Origin: Macrostomum hystrix
Lineage: Eukaryota; Animalia; Platyhelminthes
Assembly (NCBI GenBank): GCA_950097015.1
Contig: CATNEN010000001.1
Coordinates: 5,704,001 to 5,768,000 of the forward strand
Reading direction: 5' to 3'
DNA: 64,000 nucleotides
Position numbers and translations under genes: made by a program. Each line of letters opens with the position of its first letter. Position 1 is the first letter of the stretch. Below the pieces are notes generated by a model. It saw only the letters and a list, made by a program, of their open reading frames with translations, was not told the DNA's origin and made no database searches. This document shows, piece by piece, positions 11,352 through 24,017 of this stretch.

Positions 11352-12202
11352 ATGCTTCACGCATTCTAAGAGACATGACATTTTAAACTACTTACCTGAG
11401 ATAAAGAAATGAGCATCAGAATATTTTTGTCCTTTTAAATTTTTAAGCGACAGCTTCAGCTATAGCTCACAACTATTCCCGATGGCTTGGCCCAAAATCG
11501 AGGAAAGCTCGGACAAAAAAAAATTTTCTGTGCAAATCTCACACCCTCTCACGCCGAGAAGCTGCAGAAAAGAACTGACTTTGGTACAAGTTTTTTAGAC
11601 AAGAGACTTTCTCGAAAAATCCGATTGCTTATGAATTGGACGTTAATTAGGCTTCATTTTTTCAGGTGTGGAATCTGTTGTCTATGGTTCAAATGTCTAT
11701 GCCTTTCATGTTCTCGAGGCCAGCGAAGCTTGTCATACGAGCTTATGCTTACTCTCTGTTTTGTTTACACTCGAGTGCCCTATTACTATACTTTCTACTC
11801 TCTCCCTCTAACTAAACTTATTAGCTAACATTCACTTCTCTCTTCTCTCCCTCGACTCTGATTGGCTTATCAAGAGGTACGAGTGGGCTGAAGGGTGGCT
11901 GAAGGGTAAAATGAGTAAAGACGGGCCAGAGGGTAAGAGTGATGAAAAAGAGTGGGAGTGAGGGATGAGAGACGAACAGTTAGCGAATCAGAGACCAGCG
12001 AATCAAAACAAATCAAGAAAATAGGACTATTTTAATTCATCAGAGAATGAAAAATATATTAAGGCGCAGTCAAGTCTGCGCTTTTTTAAACGATATTGAT
12101 ACTTGCTAAAGAAATATTTTAAGCCAAAACGCTTAGAACAGTTACACTTTGCGCATCTTACGCTTTTTTTCAACCTGCTTGCATGATCGGATGACAATGG
12201 AA

Positions 12203-12441
12203 CTTTACCGGTTGGGTGCCGAGCAAGTTAATGGCGGTCGATCGAGGCGCGTAGCGCCGAGATCGTAATCGCCATTTACTGCGAGGCAGCCAACCGGTAA
12301 AAGCATTATAAGGCTTCAGGCCATAGACAAATCAACTCCCCCTATAACGCTATCTGGCGGCTGTCGGTCGACAAGCAACGGCGTTATAGGGGGAGTTGAT
12401 TTGTCTATGGCCTGAAGCCTTATAATGCTTTTACCGGTTGG
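12203..12441. repeat. Foldback/MITE-like palindrome
   Basis: Perfect 61 bp inverted repeat (12290-12350 / 12381-12441, 30 nt spacer) overlapping an imperfect hairpin at 12203-12301 centred on GGCGC-GTA-GCGCC. Confidence 0.9.
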
Positions 12442-12980
12442 TAAAATACTTTAATTGATAATTAAAAGAAACAAATATAAGCGTCCAAATTTTGTCTGCT
12501 TCTGGCTCATGGCGGATTGGCGCAGTTTGTGCCATAGACATGCCATTATCGCTGAGTGATCGTTTATACCATAATACGTTGCTGAAGCCTTATAATGAAG
12601 TAAATCATAAATAGTCGCTATCCTTTCCATGTATATTTTATGTAGACTAATTATTGGATAATTGTGTGCACATCGGAGCTGCGATTCTCATAAAAAAAGA
12701 ATGTTGCTACGGCTAATACTTAGTGCAGTCACAGCAGACTGTAAACAGATTTTTTCTCGCAACCAGCTTTTTCATGTTTAGCTTATTTGGATTGGCTACT
12801 GCAAATCTGATTGATGTTTTTACAAAAAATCTGGAAAACACACATTATATAAGTAGATTATCGGCTGGTGTCGAATAAATAGGTCTGCGCATATCTCGAT
12901 GCTTTCCTGCATTAGAATTGCAGGACAAAGGAGTTGCCCCCTTTGTCAAGCCAGTGCAAGACAAGACGAAGACTACTCAC

Positions 12981-13775
12981 ATGATTTACCATGGGCTCAA
13001 TAAGAAGCTGCTTTTAGCGCGACTGCTTCTTCTGTTTTTATCGCTAGAAGCAGCTGATGGTAGTAGCAACTTGAAGGTCCAGTTCCAGTATATCGGCTGC
13101 TTCACCGACTATGTCAAATCAGTGCGTGACATGGATGGTCTGATTATAATAACGCGGTACGGTCAGTACACCAAAGCTGCGAATGGTCGTGGTATCACTT
13201 CATCAACAATGACTTGGGAGCTGTGCAGCAGCATCTGCTCCATCGGCGGCTTTGCCTACATGGGACTGCAGAACGGAGCCGGATGCTACTGCGGCAACAG
13301 CTACGGATCGTAGGGTGCGGCCAGCAACTGCAATATTAAATGTAATGGCAAGCCAGAACAACTCTGCCGAGCCAGCAGCAGAAATTCAGTGTTTTTTTGA
13401 CTTACTTCGGTGAGCTTAGCAGTAAAATAATGTGGGAATCAGTATGTACGAGCGTAGATAGTCAGTATAAAAATAAACGAACGAGTATAGCGTCAATTCA
13501 ATAACACTTCAGATGATTGGAAGCAGCCAAGCAGCTTCTTGCAGTCGAGCCGCAGCGTGATCGAGCCGGCCAGTGTGGCAGTGAGGCTGGCCGGTCCGCT
13601 CTACCGAACAGTCGCCGCCCGCAGCCGAATCGTGTGCAGCAGCCTGTGCAGAGCTGGCTGCCAGGCTGTGCTGTTCAATCCGCAGCAGCGGCTGTGTCAC
13701 CTGCTGCGTCTGACGGTCATCGCTGGAGACCTCCTCGCTGAACAGGGCCTGTTCTTCGTTCGCGAATGTTCTTAG
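12981..13775 (+). pseudogene. WSC-PAN copy 2, pseudogene
   Basis: Exon 1 (~12981-13409) has a premature TAG at 13311-13313 where the other copies encode Gln, plus indels near its end. Intron 13410-13512; exon 2 (13513-13775) is open. Confidence 0.8.
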
Positions 13776-14497
13776 TGATATCGTGTGCTGAGGGGATTCA
13801 AAATTTCTAGAAGATAGGCGTCTAAATGTCCTATCAAAAGCATCGGCGATAACAGGAATGATATACATTGCAACGAGGGAAGTTTAAACTACCTGTCTCA
13901 AATATACTGTATTAAGATTTCTTACTTCAATAAATTCTGCACAGCAATTCTTTCAGGGTAAGAAATACCCCAAAGGGACTAGATTTCCTTTTCACAATTT
14001 ACAAATCACAGCAACGCCGGATCTTGATTGAGTTGTATACTTGTATAGCTGGGGTTCAATATATATTTTGTGCTCAATAAAACTACATATTATACTTTAT
14101 TAAGCTGTTTTGTGAGTTTAAATATCAAGTGGGTGTGTTTGATAAAAGGTTTTTTTAGAGATGTGCTGTAGTAACGCATATTTATTGAATGTTTATAAAA
14201 ATATTCTACAACATTGGCATTTTTTGTCATAGTCGTCAAAATAGCATCCAATCATAGCTTTGCTTTTCGACAGGAAATGCAGCAAAAGAAAGTGAAGGAA
14301 CTGGTACTTTAAGAGTAAACAGTTAAGTATATCAATTGGCTTTAGCTTGAATAGATCCAGACGTTTAAACGCATAGTTTTAAGGGGATGAAAGTATGGGA
14401 CCAGTGCTACTTACTTACTCACTACTGGCGGGGGGCGAGACGCCGCGAATAGGCCGCGAGGCCCCTATCGCAACCCCAAGGTAAAAGGAAGGTGGCC

Positions 14498-17400
14498 TCA
14501 GCCTTGGGGGTGCGCCCACCCCACGCCAGCAGTCGGCAGGTTCGCCGGGGAGGCGTCGGCGACCTTCATCCGGCCGGTGTCACGGACGAAGGCGCGAAGG
14601 TCTCGGATGTTGTCCGGAGTCGTCAGTTCGTCCATCCCTTGCGGGTGGCCGAGGTGCCAGTTGCGCGCCTTTTCGAAGTAGGGGCAGAATGTCACGTGAT
14701 GTGCAGCGGTTTCCTTACCTATGCCACAGAAGGGACAGGTGGGGGAGCAGCCAGTTTGTAGCGAAATGTGTCTCTGGAAGAAGCCATGGCCCGTGATGAC
14801 CATGCACATCTCCCTGAGGTCAGTTCTATTAAGTGAAATCAAAAAGTCAGAGACTTTCCGGTTAATGATCGGCATGGCCATTCGGGTCTGCCTATAGTCG
14901 GTGCAGCTACTCCAGTGGAGCTGGTGTTGCTGATTTAGCCACCTGTCAACAGTGCGGTTGATGAGGGATTTAGGTACCGGTACCCTGATCGGGCGGTGGT
15001 TATTGTCCGGGTTGCTGCCATCCTTGGCGAGTTTGTCCGCGAGTTCGTTGCCAAGGATGTTGCTGTGGCCTGGGATCCAGACTAGGCTGATCCTGTTAAG
15101 GACCGCGAGTGACTGCAGGTCTCGGTGGCAGTCAGAGACCGTCCGAGTGGAGAGTTTGACGGCAGACAGAGCCTTGAGGGCGGCTTGACTGTCAGAATAG
15201 ATGCAGATGTTGAATCTGCTGACGTTGGCATTGAGGTGTTTGGCGCATTGGTTAATGGCGTAGATTTCGGCTTGGAAGACCGACGTGTTCTCACCAAGGT
15301 GAAGGCTCTCCTGAAGGAGCGCCTTACCCTCATGGAAGATGGCAATGCCTGCTCCGGCTAGGCCGTTGCTCAGCGAGCCATCGGTAAAGCAGTGGATACC
15401 CTGGCTGCGCTGGTTTACGCCGACGTCCAGCTGAGTGCTACCACGGTCAGGGATGACGGCGCTAAAACCCCTCCTGAGGATGAGGGAGGGAGGCTGGCTA
15501 TCCACATCGTTGGGGTCGATGTGGATGTGTGCAAGGTCACGGCGGACATAGTCCAGATGCGGAATGAGAGATTTGTCAGGAATAAATCCGGTTGGCGTAT
15601 TCTTAATGGATTTATCGCAGATAAGCCGGTAGGCGCACTTCATAGCCTCCGCCCTAATAAACAAATAGAGCGGAGGCATGTTTAGGATAGTATTTAGGCC
15701 CTCGTATGGGGTGGAGGGGTACGCACCTGCAATGGCACGGCAGATGCTGCCCTGCAGCTGGTAGAGTCGGTCGCGGGCGGTTTTCTGTTCCAGTACGCTG
15801 GACCAGATGAGGCTCGCATACGTAATACTCGGTCTAATGATACCGGTGTAGATCCAGCGGACCGTTCTCGGGGTGAGGCCCCAGGTCGGTCCAATGGCCC
15901 TACGAACTTGGGCGAAACAGCGTTTAGCTCGTCCGATGATGTTTCCAAGGTGTTTTGTCCAGCGCAGATCGTGCGTGAGCGTTACACCTATGTACTTGGT
16001 TTCCTTTTCGAAAGGGATGTTCCTACCATAGATGGTGAGGTTTTGCATGTCCCACTTATGTTTTCGAGTGAAGACAATTGCTACCGTCTTGGTGACGCTG
16101 ATTTTGAGGCCATGCTGGGTGGCCCAGTTTCCTGCCTTGTTGGCGAATTGCTGTAGCAGGTTACGCAGGGTGCTGGTGTCTGGCCCGCTGACCACCGCGG
16201 CGACGTCATCGGCATAGCCGGCCCTGGTGACACTGCTAGGTACATCAGCCGTCAGGAGCTCGTCCATGACGAGGTTCCAGAGCAGCGGGGTGAGCACACC
16301 GCCCTGGGCGCCACCTTTCATCACTGCGCGGGTGCAGGTGATGTTCATGAGCGTGGAGGTAACGGATCTGTTGCGGATCATGAAGTCAATCCAGCGAATT
16401 ATGCTGGGTCTGACGCCTCTGTCTGAAAGGGTGTCTCTGAAGGAGCCAAAGTTGACGTTGTCAAAGGCCCCTTCGATATCAACAAACAGCCCGAGAGCGA
16501 GTTGCTTGCTAAGGATGGCTTTCTCAATAGCAGAAGTAATAACATGGAGCGCGTGCTCGGTAGTTTTACCAGGTTGGAAAGCGAACTGGTACTTACTAAT
16601 GGGGGCTGACCGCAGGTCGCAGTCTCGGAGCCTCCATAGAATGAGCCTTTCCATCAGCTTGACGCAGAAGGAGGTGAGGCTAATGGGGCGGAAAGATTTC
16701 ACGTTGGTATAGTCGCCCTTCGCAGGTTTGGGGATGAAGACAACCCTGGAGGTTCTCCAGGTGGTAGGTATGTAGCCTGTAACAAAACAGTCAATGATCA
16801 ATTTTGAGAGAGCTTCAGAGAAACTCTGAAGTTTAAGCGCCTCCTGTAGGATACAGGGGCTGATCTTGTCCGGGCCTGGGGCCTTAAAAGGCTTGAAGGA
16901 GTCAGCCGCTAGCCTCAGCAGGCTCGGCGAGGCGCATTGCTGAAAGAGGTCGCGATCATGTGGTCTGTGGTCGTTCACCACATTTTCGGGGTTTTCAACC
17001 TGTGGAAAACAGGTAGAGAATAACAGATTTAAGGATTCTTCTGCGGTGCTGGTGTAGTTACCGTCCAGATGCAGGAGAGAGTTGCACTGAGCGAGGTTGT
17101 CGTGCCTGAGTGACCTGACCAGCCACGCCGTAGGGTGCTGACCCTCCAGGCTGGCACAGTAGGCCTTCCAGGTGTTCTTCTTCGCCCGTTGGATGCTGCT
17201 TTTGTAGATCCTTAGGGCAGAGTGGTAGTTCTCCCAGTCCACCGGGGTGTTGCTGCTGTGCGCAAGGCGTTGCAGCCGGCGCGAGGTCTTTTTCAAGCGG
17301 GTGAGCTCGGGGTTCCACCAGGGCGAGTATTTCTTCCTGTGCTTTACCTTGGGGGCGTTTTCACGAATGGCGGTATGTAACAGGTTAGTGAGAGTATTGC

Positions 17401-18298
17401 AGCGGTTTTCGATGCTGGGCAGATCAGTTCCCTGCAGGGCCTCGGTTGTCTCGGCCAGGAGGTTGCTTAGGTCTCTGCGGAACCCGGGCCAATCAGCCTT
17501 CTTCAGGTTGGGGCGGTCGGCGCAGGGCAGGCGGGATCCTTCGGCGGAGATTCGGTACTGAATGTACGAGTGATCCGAGAGCGAGGGTATGTCGTCCCTG
17601 ACCATCCAGTTCTGGACATGGTTCAGGGCGTTACTAGAGGCCAAGGTTAGGTCTATAACATCACGTCTGTTAGAAATAACAAAGGTGGGCTTTCTGCCTC
17701 TGTTGCAGATATGCATGGTAGAGGCGTTAATGAAATCAATGAGCAGGTCACCTCTCCTGTTTGTGTCACTGCTGGACCATGCAGTGTTGTGGGCATTGGC
17801 ATCACAGCTAATGATAAGCTTCCTGTTCTCCAGGTTGCAGAAGTCAGCCAGCTCTTGCAAGCGTGGTGGCGGGACCTCCTCCTGGATGTCTAGGTAGGCA
17901 GACGCCAGAATTACGTCGAAAGCAGCGAAGGTACAAATGTCCTTAGAGCAGTACATGGGCATCATGGTGACTGGTATGTCACTTTTCACGAGGGCAATAG
18001 CCCTAGGAGTTTCATCGGTACAATAGTAAAGGGTTTGGTACCCGTTTGGCAAACAGGCCGGCTTGCCTCTGCGGGTATATGGTTCCTGAATGAGGTAGAT
18101 ATCAACGTCTTTTCCATCGAAGACGCCGGTTAGATTATTGGAGGCTGCAGTTGCATGATGCAGGTTGATCTGGACAATGTGCAGATTTAGCGCGTTACCA
18201 GTAAACGAAGAAAGTGTATTACTGGTAGTATTGCGTGTTGAAAGATCATCACTGGGCTGGCCCGTGGGACACGCCCTCAGACGATCACGCCTCATCAT
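14498..18298 (-). CDS. LINE ORF2: APE endonuclease, RT, RNase H and CCHC
   Basis: Uninterrupted 1266 aa ORF with QINLHH, LIQEP, CDANAH, IDLTL, SDH; FRPISL, QGGVLTPLLWN, YADD; FTDGS, AE, SDS, WIPGH, NELAD; CPFC..ETAAHHVTFCP. Confidence 0.97.
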   Translation of the reverse strand: MMRRDRLRACPTGQPSDDLSTRNTTSNTLSSFTGNALNLHIVQINLHHATAASNNLTGVFDGKDVDIYLIQEPYTRRGKPACLPNGYQTLYYCTDETPRAIALVKSDIPVTMMPMYCSKDICTFAAFDVILASAYLDIQEEVPPPRLQELADFCNLENRKLIISCDANAHNTAWSSSDTNRRGDLLIDFINASTMHICNRGRKPTFVISNRRDVIDLTLASSNALNHVQNWMVRDDIPSLSDHSYIQYRISAEGSRLPCADRPNLKKADWPGFRRDLSNLLAETTEALQGTDLPSIENRCNTLTNLLHTAIRENAPKVKHRKKYSPWWNPELTRLKKTSRRLQRLAHSSNTPVDWENYHSALRIYKSSIQRAKKNTWKAYCASLEGQHPTAWLVRSLRHDNLAQCNSLLHLDGNYTSTAEESLNLLFSTCFPQVENPENVVNDHRPHDRDLFQQCASPSLLRLAADSFKPFKAPGPDKISPCILQEALKLQSFSEALSKLIIDCFVTGYIPTTWRTSRVVFIPKPAKGDYTNVKSFRPISLTSFCVKLMERLILWRLRDCDLRSAPISKYQFAFQPGKTTEHALHVITSAIEKAILSKQLALGLFVDIEGAFDNVNFGSFRDTLSDRGVRPSIIRWIDFMIRNRSVTSTLMNITCTRAVMKGGAQGGVLTPLLWNLVMDELLTADVPSSVTRAGYADDVAAVVSGPDTSTLRNLLQQFANKAGNWATQHGLKISVTKTVAIVFTRKHKWDMQNLTIYGRNIPFEKETKYIGVTLTHDLRWTKHLGNIIGRAKRCFAQVRRAIGPTWGLTPRTVRWIYTGIIRPSITYASLIWSSVLEQKTARDRLYQLQGSICRAIAGAYPSTPYEGLNTILNMPPLYLFIRAEAMKCAYRLICDKSIKNTPTGFIPDKSLIPHLDYVRRDLAHIHIDPNDVDSQPPSLILRRGFSAVIPDRGSTQLDVGVNQRSQGIHCFTDGSLSNGLAGAGIAIFHEGKALLQESLHLGENTSVFQAEIYAINQCAKHLNANVSRFNICIYSDSQAALKALSAVKLSTRTVSDCHRDLQSLAVLNRISLVWIPGHSNILGNELADKLAKDGSNPDNNHRPIRVPVPKSLINRTVDRWLNQQHQLHWSSCTDYRQTRMAMPIINRKVSDFLISLNRTDLREMCMVITGHGFFQRHISLQTGCSPTCPFCGIGKETAAHHVTFCPYFEKARNWHLGHPQGMDELTTPDNIRDLRAFVRDTGRMKVADASPANLPTAGVGWAHPQG

Positions 18299-18328
18299 GT
18301 TTCAGATGGCGTGATGCTGAGAACATGC

Positions 18329-18832
18329 TTACGCATCGTTCTCTGAGCCATCCGAGCTCTCGGATTCCCCTCGGCGTCGCTCGCCGCCGGTGTGCCTGCG
18401 CCTGGACAGGATGTGGAAGACGACCTTCCACGCTCCCATGTAGACGGCGAACTCGCTCCTCTGCAGGGCGGCCTCCCATTCGGCAGACAGTCCCATGTAG
18501 AGCGTCTTGCCGGCTGCATCCTTGGCGGGGACCTCCTTGAAGGCCCGGATTCCGTCCTGCGGTAGGTCGGGGTGTTTGCTGAGGAGTCGCGCACGGATCT
18601 CCTCGATAGTTCTCGGGCCCGAGTAGAAGGCTCGGTAACGCTTGCACGGTGGCGGGGGGCGGGCTCGCTCAACGACGATCTTGGGAAGGGCCAAGTCGTC
18701 GAGGTCCCACTCGATACACTGGAGGCAGGCGAGCGCCTTCTCCAGGTAAGCCTCGTCCTTAAAGGTGAGGATGATATTGCCGTTGGCGTAGCGGATCGAC
18801 TCGATCTGAATGTCGAGTGTGTCATTGTCCCA
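18329..18832 (-). CDS. LINE ORF1 C-terminal portion (5'-truncated; DUF4780-like by pattern)
   Basis: Frame is open from the truncation point ([15 protein letters not shown]...) to the stop just upstream of ORF2. Confidence 0.75.
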   Translation of the reverse strand, partial: WDNDTLDIQIESIRYANGNIILTFKDEAYLEKALACLQCIEWDLDDLALPKIVVERARPPPPCKRYRAFYSGPRTIEEIRARLLSKHPDLPQDGIRAFKEVPAKDAAGKTLYMGLSAEWEAALQRSEFAVYMGAWKVVFHILSRRRHTGGERRRGESESSDGSENDA

Positions 18833-19179
18833 GAGGGACCAGTGCTAGATCAGAACGCTCTACAGGCTTGCGACTATTCACTACTTAATCTATCAAATTT
18901 TTGTGTATGCAAGCTCTATAAATCTGTAACGACTAAAAATAGCTTTTATAAATAATATTGATTAAGTACAGGAAGGCATGTATTGGCACTGGCAAAACGT
19001 TTAGATACGGTTCCAAATTCCATTGACTCCTAAAAATATGGTGTGCTCATTAACACAGACTTTCTCATTGTAAAACAGCATAAAATCTCAATGTGACTAG
19101 GAGGCCATTGACATAAATCACGCGACAATGCATCTACACTGACAATTTTCTGATCGCCACACACAGGTAGACGCTCTAT

Positions 19180-19800
19180 AAGTGTCTTCCAGAATGAGAT
19201 CCTTGCCATCAGCTCCTGCGCTGCAGAACTTTGTGTCAAGAGACTTGTGGCAGACAAATCGTCATCCACTCTGACAGTCAGTCAAAGCACTCTGCGAGTC
19301 GTACACCAACTCGCGGACAGTCTCTGACTGTGTCCGACATCTCAACCTGCCTGGCTGGTGAAAACACTGTCAGACTTGTTTGGATTCCCGGTCACAGGGG
19401 CTTCCCGGTCACGGTCACGTGCAACCAAGCTTGCAGACAGACAGCCATTCCAAACAAGGAGGCAGCAGCTCTTTCATGGGACCCTCGCCGGCAGCCCCCC
19501 GTCCCAACCAATGTCTTTGCAGTGGGTACTTCGTGGGTCCCTGCAGAGTGAGCTCTGCCCTCTTTGTGGCCTTGATAACGAAGATGCCCAGTACTTCGTC
19601 TGCAATTACCCGGCCCTCAACAGAGACAGGCTCTGCTACCTCGGTCCAAACCCATCCATCGATGATGTTTGCAGATCCGAGAACATCCCTCGTCTCGTCC
19701 GATTCCTGCGGGCAACCCGTCTTGCTGATTTCTTCCCAGAAGAACACGCTGCAGAGAGGACCCTCTGACGTCCCTGGAGCTAATTCAAGTCAATTCGGTC
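19180..19800 (+). mobile_element. Decayed 3' fragment of a Loa-type LINE
   Basis: SVFQNEILAISSCA, IHSDSQ, VWIPGH and CPLC motifs with frameshifts; short repeat tail. Confidence 0.8.
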
Positions 19801-20640
19801 ATCACGCAAATATCCTGAAGTTTTCTCTCCACGACAGCGCCCTAAAATTAACTTGGCATCGCAGCGGATTCGAGCTCAGGGACCTTGGTGCGTGAGGCGA
19901 ATGCATAAGCCGCTCTGCCTTGACCTTTATAGAATTTTAGTAACCGATATTTTAGAGATAATTGCTTTCTTACATGCCTTTGTGAGCTTTGTTTACGTGC
20001 TGACAATCCTGTTTTGTCTGGGTTCATATAACTTCTGGTATTTTTCATGTTTTTTTCCTGTTTCTGCTCTAGACTAGAATTAAATGTGAATTGCCCCTAA
20101 TAAAAATGCCGTGTCATGAAAATCCAGGCTCTTATACAAAGAGTGGAAAATAAGTAGCTTTTTTCTCCTAGCCGCGCTCCTTCCTGCCAAGCCGGCGCCA
20201 ATGAAAAGCATGAAGCAATTTGTATAAAACACCCATCTGAATTCTGATTGGAAAAATGTTTATAGCTAGAATCCTTCTGATTAATCAGCATTCAAATTGA
20301 AGCTGAGCATAACTGTTACACTCGTAGTTACTCATCTACAGGTAAGAATAAAGGTTTGCTTGTGTTCCTTGTTATTTGTTCTATGGTACTTGAGTGCAAA
20401 CTTGGTAAACCTTTACTTAACTTGCAATAACGTATTGTACTTCAGATAAATAAGCAATTTTAACTTGCTCTTGTATTTTTACGCACCTGTAACCGTGATT
20501 TCTTTGAGAGGGTCAGACTTTTAACAAATAAGTCTCACAGTTAGTTACAAACTGATAACTTCGACGCAAAAGGCAAAATAGAAAAAAAAGTTGGAAATTG
20601 GTAGACTAATGTGGACTCTGTCTTTTCCAGGACATTCCAG

Positions 20641-21653
20641 ATGACTTTTCCAGGACTTGGACGGCTCGTGATGTCGCTACTATTACTGCTGCTGATGGCA
20701 ATGTCTCTATCATGCGGCCTCAAGGTTCAATTTCAGTACATCGGCTGCTTTACTGACTTCGTTGGAGGGGTTCGAAATATGGATGGCCTGCTTGGCGTCA
20801 CGCAGTACGGCAAGTTCGTCAAGGTCGCAAGCAACCCTAACATCATTGATGTTCTTTTGACCTGGGAGTCGTGCAGCAGTATCTGCTCCATCGGCGGCTT
20901 CGCCTTCATGGGACTGCAGGCTGGAGTCGGCTGCTACTGCGATAACAAGTACGGAACCCAGGGCCCGTCTGCCGGCTGCTTTTCTCCATGCGCCGGTGAT
21001 TCGACAAAGTACTGCGGCGGCAGCAGCAGAAACTCCGTGTTCGCCCTGACCTACCTGGGTGAGGGAGTCCTTTTACCTTATTATTTTACATTTTAGGACA
21101 AAGTTACATTTTCTTAATGTGTTTTTGTGTCTGGAATGATAATATTAATTCGTTAGAAGCGCTCAAATTGGGCAAGATTTTGAGCTGACAGCACATTCGC
21201 AGCTATTGTGCGGCGCATAAGAAAGGTTGGTATGGTCTGTTCGGTTAATGGACAGGAGTGGGAATAACACACACCCTCAATTAACCCAGCTAATGATTGT
21301 ATCAATTTAGCAGCTGTTACCCTGACAAAAATTTAACACTTTAAGTTGTAAGACCGAGTCGTGAGTCTGAGACTAACTGTAAAGTTTTCCGTGTAGATGA
21401 CTTGAAACCGACCAGCCGGTTCGTGCAGTCGAGCCGCAGCGTGATCGAGCCGGCCAGTGCGGCAGTGAGGCTGGCCGGTCCGCTCTACCGAACAGTCACC
21501 GCCCGCAGCCGAATCGTGTGCAGCAGCCTGTGCAGAGCTGGTTGCCAGGCTGTGCTGTTCAATCCGCAGCAGCGGCTGTGTCACCTGCTGCGTCTGACGG
21601 TCATCGCTGGAGACCTCCTCGCTGAACAGGGTCTCTTGTTCGTTCGCTCGTAG
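20641..21653 (+). CDS. WSC-PAN copy 3
   Basis: Exons 20641-21058 and 21397-21653, intact. The upstream flank 20443-20540 is paralogous to 9940-10035. Confidence 0.85.
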
Positions 21654-24017
21654 ACAGTTCGGTAACTGAGTTTGTGAGTTTAGAATGTCATTAGCTGATA
21701 AGAAGCACTTTTACTGAATGATGCAAAACGACATTATGCGTCACGGATGAAATATTATGCCCTGAATTTGAAGCGTTCATGTTGCTGTCGAGTGACAAAT
21801 AAACGATTACAGTGTCTGGACAAGGTTTTGCTTTCTGAAGCGATTTTCATAAAACAAATTCTTTTTTGGGTTTGAATTTCCAGTTTTTAGTTTCTCCTTG
21901 TTTCTGATGACACAACGTTGTGCCAATCAGTTCAGCAGCGAAGTCCTCTGGCCTTAAATAAGAAGCTGTGAGCTAACTTAGCTGCCTTCAGACCGCAGAA
22001 GCAGAATAAGTCTGTTGAGTCTGTTGATTCCCACATGTCATTCCGAATCTTATCTAGATTCCAGATTCCTAGTGGCTCATGCGCTCGTATACTTTCTAGG
22101 AATATTGAGATTCTGTCATTTTTATAAACTGCACTTTGTGTTTCTATGCTTATTGCAGCGCAGGAAACCTAGCATGCCATCTGTCAAGAGTTCAAGCTTT
22201 CACTAAAAGCGAGTCAGTGTATTTTTGTGTTGAAGGCGAGTACTTCTTGAATAATGATTGAGAAGTAATGAATGCCTTTAGAGGCGAGATCAGCTAGATG
22301 CCATCAAGTCAGCCGAAGGTAGTCATTGTCAATCTACGGCTCGTAACACAAAAGAATCATATCGTTGACGATTTATCACCAGAAACTTACAGGAAGTGGA
22401 TTTCATTGTGAAAACATACCCCCTTGGACAGAAATGCCTTAAAGACAATAAATTAGTTTTTTTGTTTGAAAATGCAGCAAAAATATTTCTATATGAGAAT
22501 ATTTCATTGTGTAGGAAGCAGACATGTTTGAAGAATTTCAAAGTAGTAGGAAATATTGGAAGTAGGAAAGTAGGAAAAAAACAAATGATTATATGCACAG
22601 AAACCTCTTCGCTCAACTTTTAGTTGCGTCTGCATGCCTACAGCAGACCGAAAAAAGCATGCAGGATTCGCTTTTCCTTTCAAGCTTCGATTCGTCGCTT
22701 TGGAAACCGCTTTAGAAACAAAAGAATAAAAGTTACTTTTTAATCTGAGTTTGTGAAGTTAAACCGTCTGATCTGTTGTACTTTTTGACAAGTAAATGCA
22801 CGGAGCCTCTGCTGCTTCCGCTGAGGATGATTCCATTTTCACGTGATGAGCATGTGCTAGTATTTGGCACTGAGCGACACCTAGAAGCTTTTGAGTGTTT
22901 TACTCAGGACTCAGGACTTTACTTCTGATAGCATTGTTGCTTGCTTATTTCATGGCTCAATACTTTTCTTTTACGAGTAAATCACAGGTCTTGAGTTTCT
23001 CATAGGCTCACGGAAACGTTTTAAATCACATAGACATCGCACAGACTGTTAAAGCAGTTTTTAACGATCCTGTCATGTCACTCAAGTCACTAGCTGCATT
23101 CTGAAATGTAGAAAACTGAGTGTACTTGGAGATTGGAATTAGACGAGACGAGATGTACGCTGGCTTTTAAATAGTTTATATAATTAAGATGGTTCATTTT
23201 TGAACCGTACATTCATTTTAAGTATTCTTCTCAGACACTGCAGTTATGAAAATCTTGTGAAACCATCCAGTGAAAATGAAATGCTTTAACAAAAAACAAC
23301 GGCCTAAAAATCCTTCTAAATATACTAATTTTCACGTGTTGTTTGTCTGTCTGTCATGTTAACTAATGATAATGTTAAAGCAGCTGAGATTACATGGTGA
23401 ACAACTGAGGGGGGCGGACCCGCTCGAACGAAATTATATTTGGCGATAAAAAATTCACAGCTCCGAAAAAACGGCTTAAACGAAAAGCATTTTTAAGCAT
23501 AAGTGCAAATTTTGAAGAAAAATCTGCCAAAAAACTCGCCGGCACTCAGGCTGCAAAGCCCGCAGAGAGAACGCTTGGGGGCAGGGTCTAGAAGCATGGA
23601 CGCACCAAGGCTGACACGCAGACTCACACCGGTGCACACGCACCAAATGCACGCCGAACAAGCGGGGGATTTAAAATCAATTAAAAGCAGTTTACCTGCC
23701 TCAAACAGAATCATCAATTATAACTTTAACGATGTTGTCGCTATATTTTCTAGGCTGAATTTACTTATATTCAATGATTTGAAGGTATTTTATTTGTTAC
23801 TTGTACATTTGAAAATTACACTTTTCATTTTCGATCGCGCTTTTTGCAAGGAACGATTTTCGGGGAATTGAACCGAACGATTAATAAAACTACGATTAAT
23901 TCTATCCTACGATAAGAGTCCAAAAATAACTGATTACCAAGTCTGCTAAAGATTTTTTTATTGTTTATACATTGAGTTATATACCTCAACCCACCAACGT
24001 AGTTCATGATTGTCGAC

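Larger units (their letters stand above)
14410..18834 (-). mobile_element. 5'-truncated young Loa/I-group LINE
   Basis: Perfect 13 bp TSD GGGACCAGTGCTA at 14397-14409 and 18835-18847; (TAAG)n-like tail; ORF1 3' part plus full ORF2. Confidence 0.95.

Noticed and set aside
14492-18955. Many short ORFs overlapping the LINE
   Set aside because: Antisense or alternative-frame shadows of GC-rich ORF1/ORF2.
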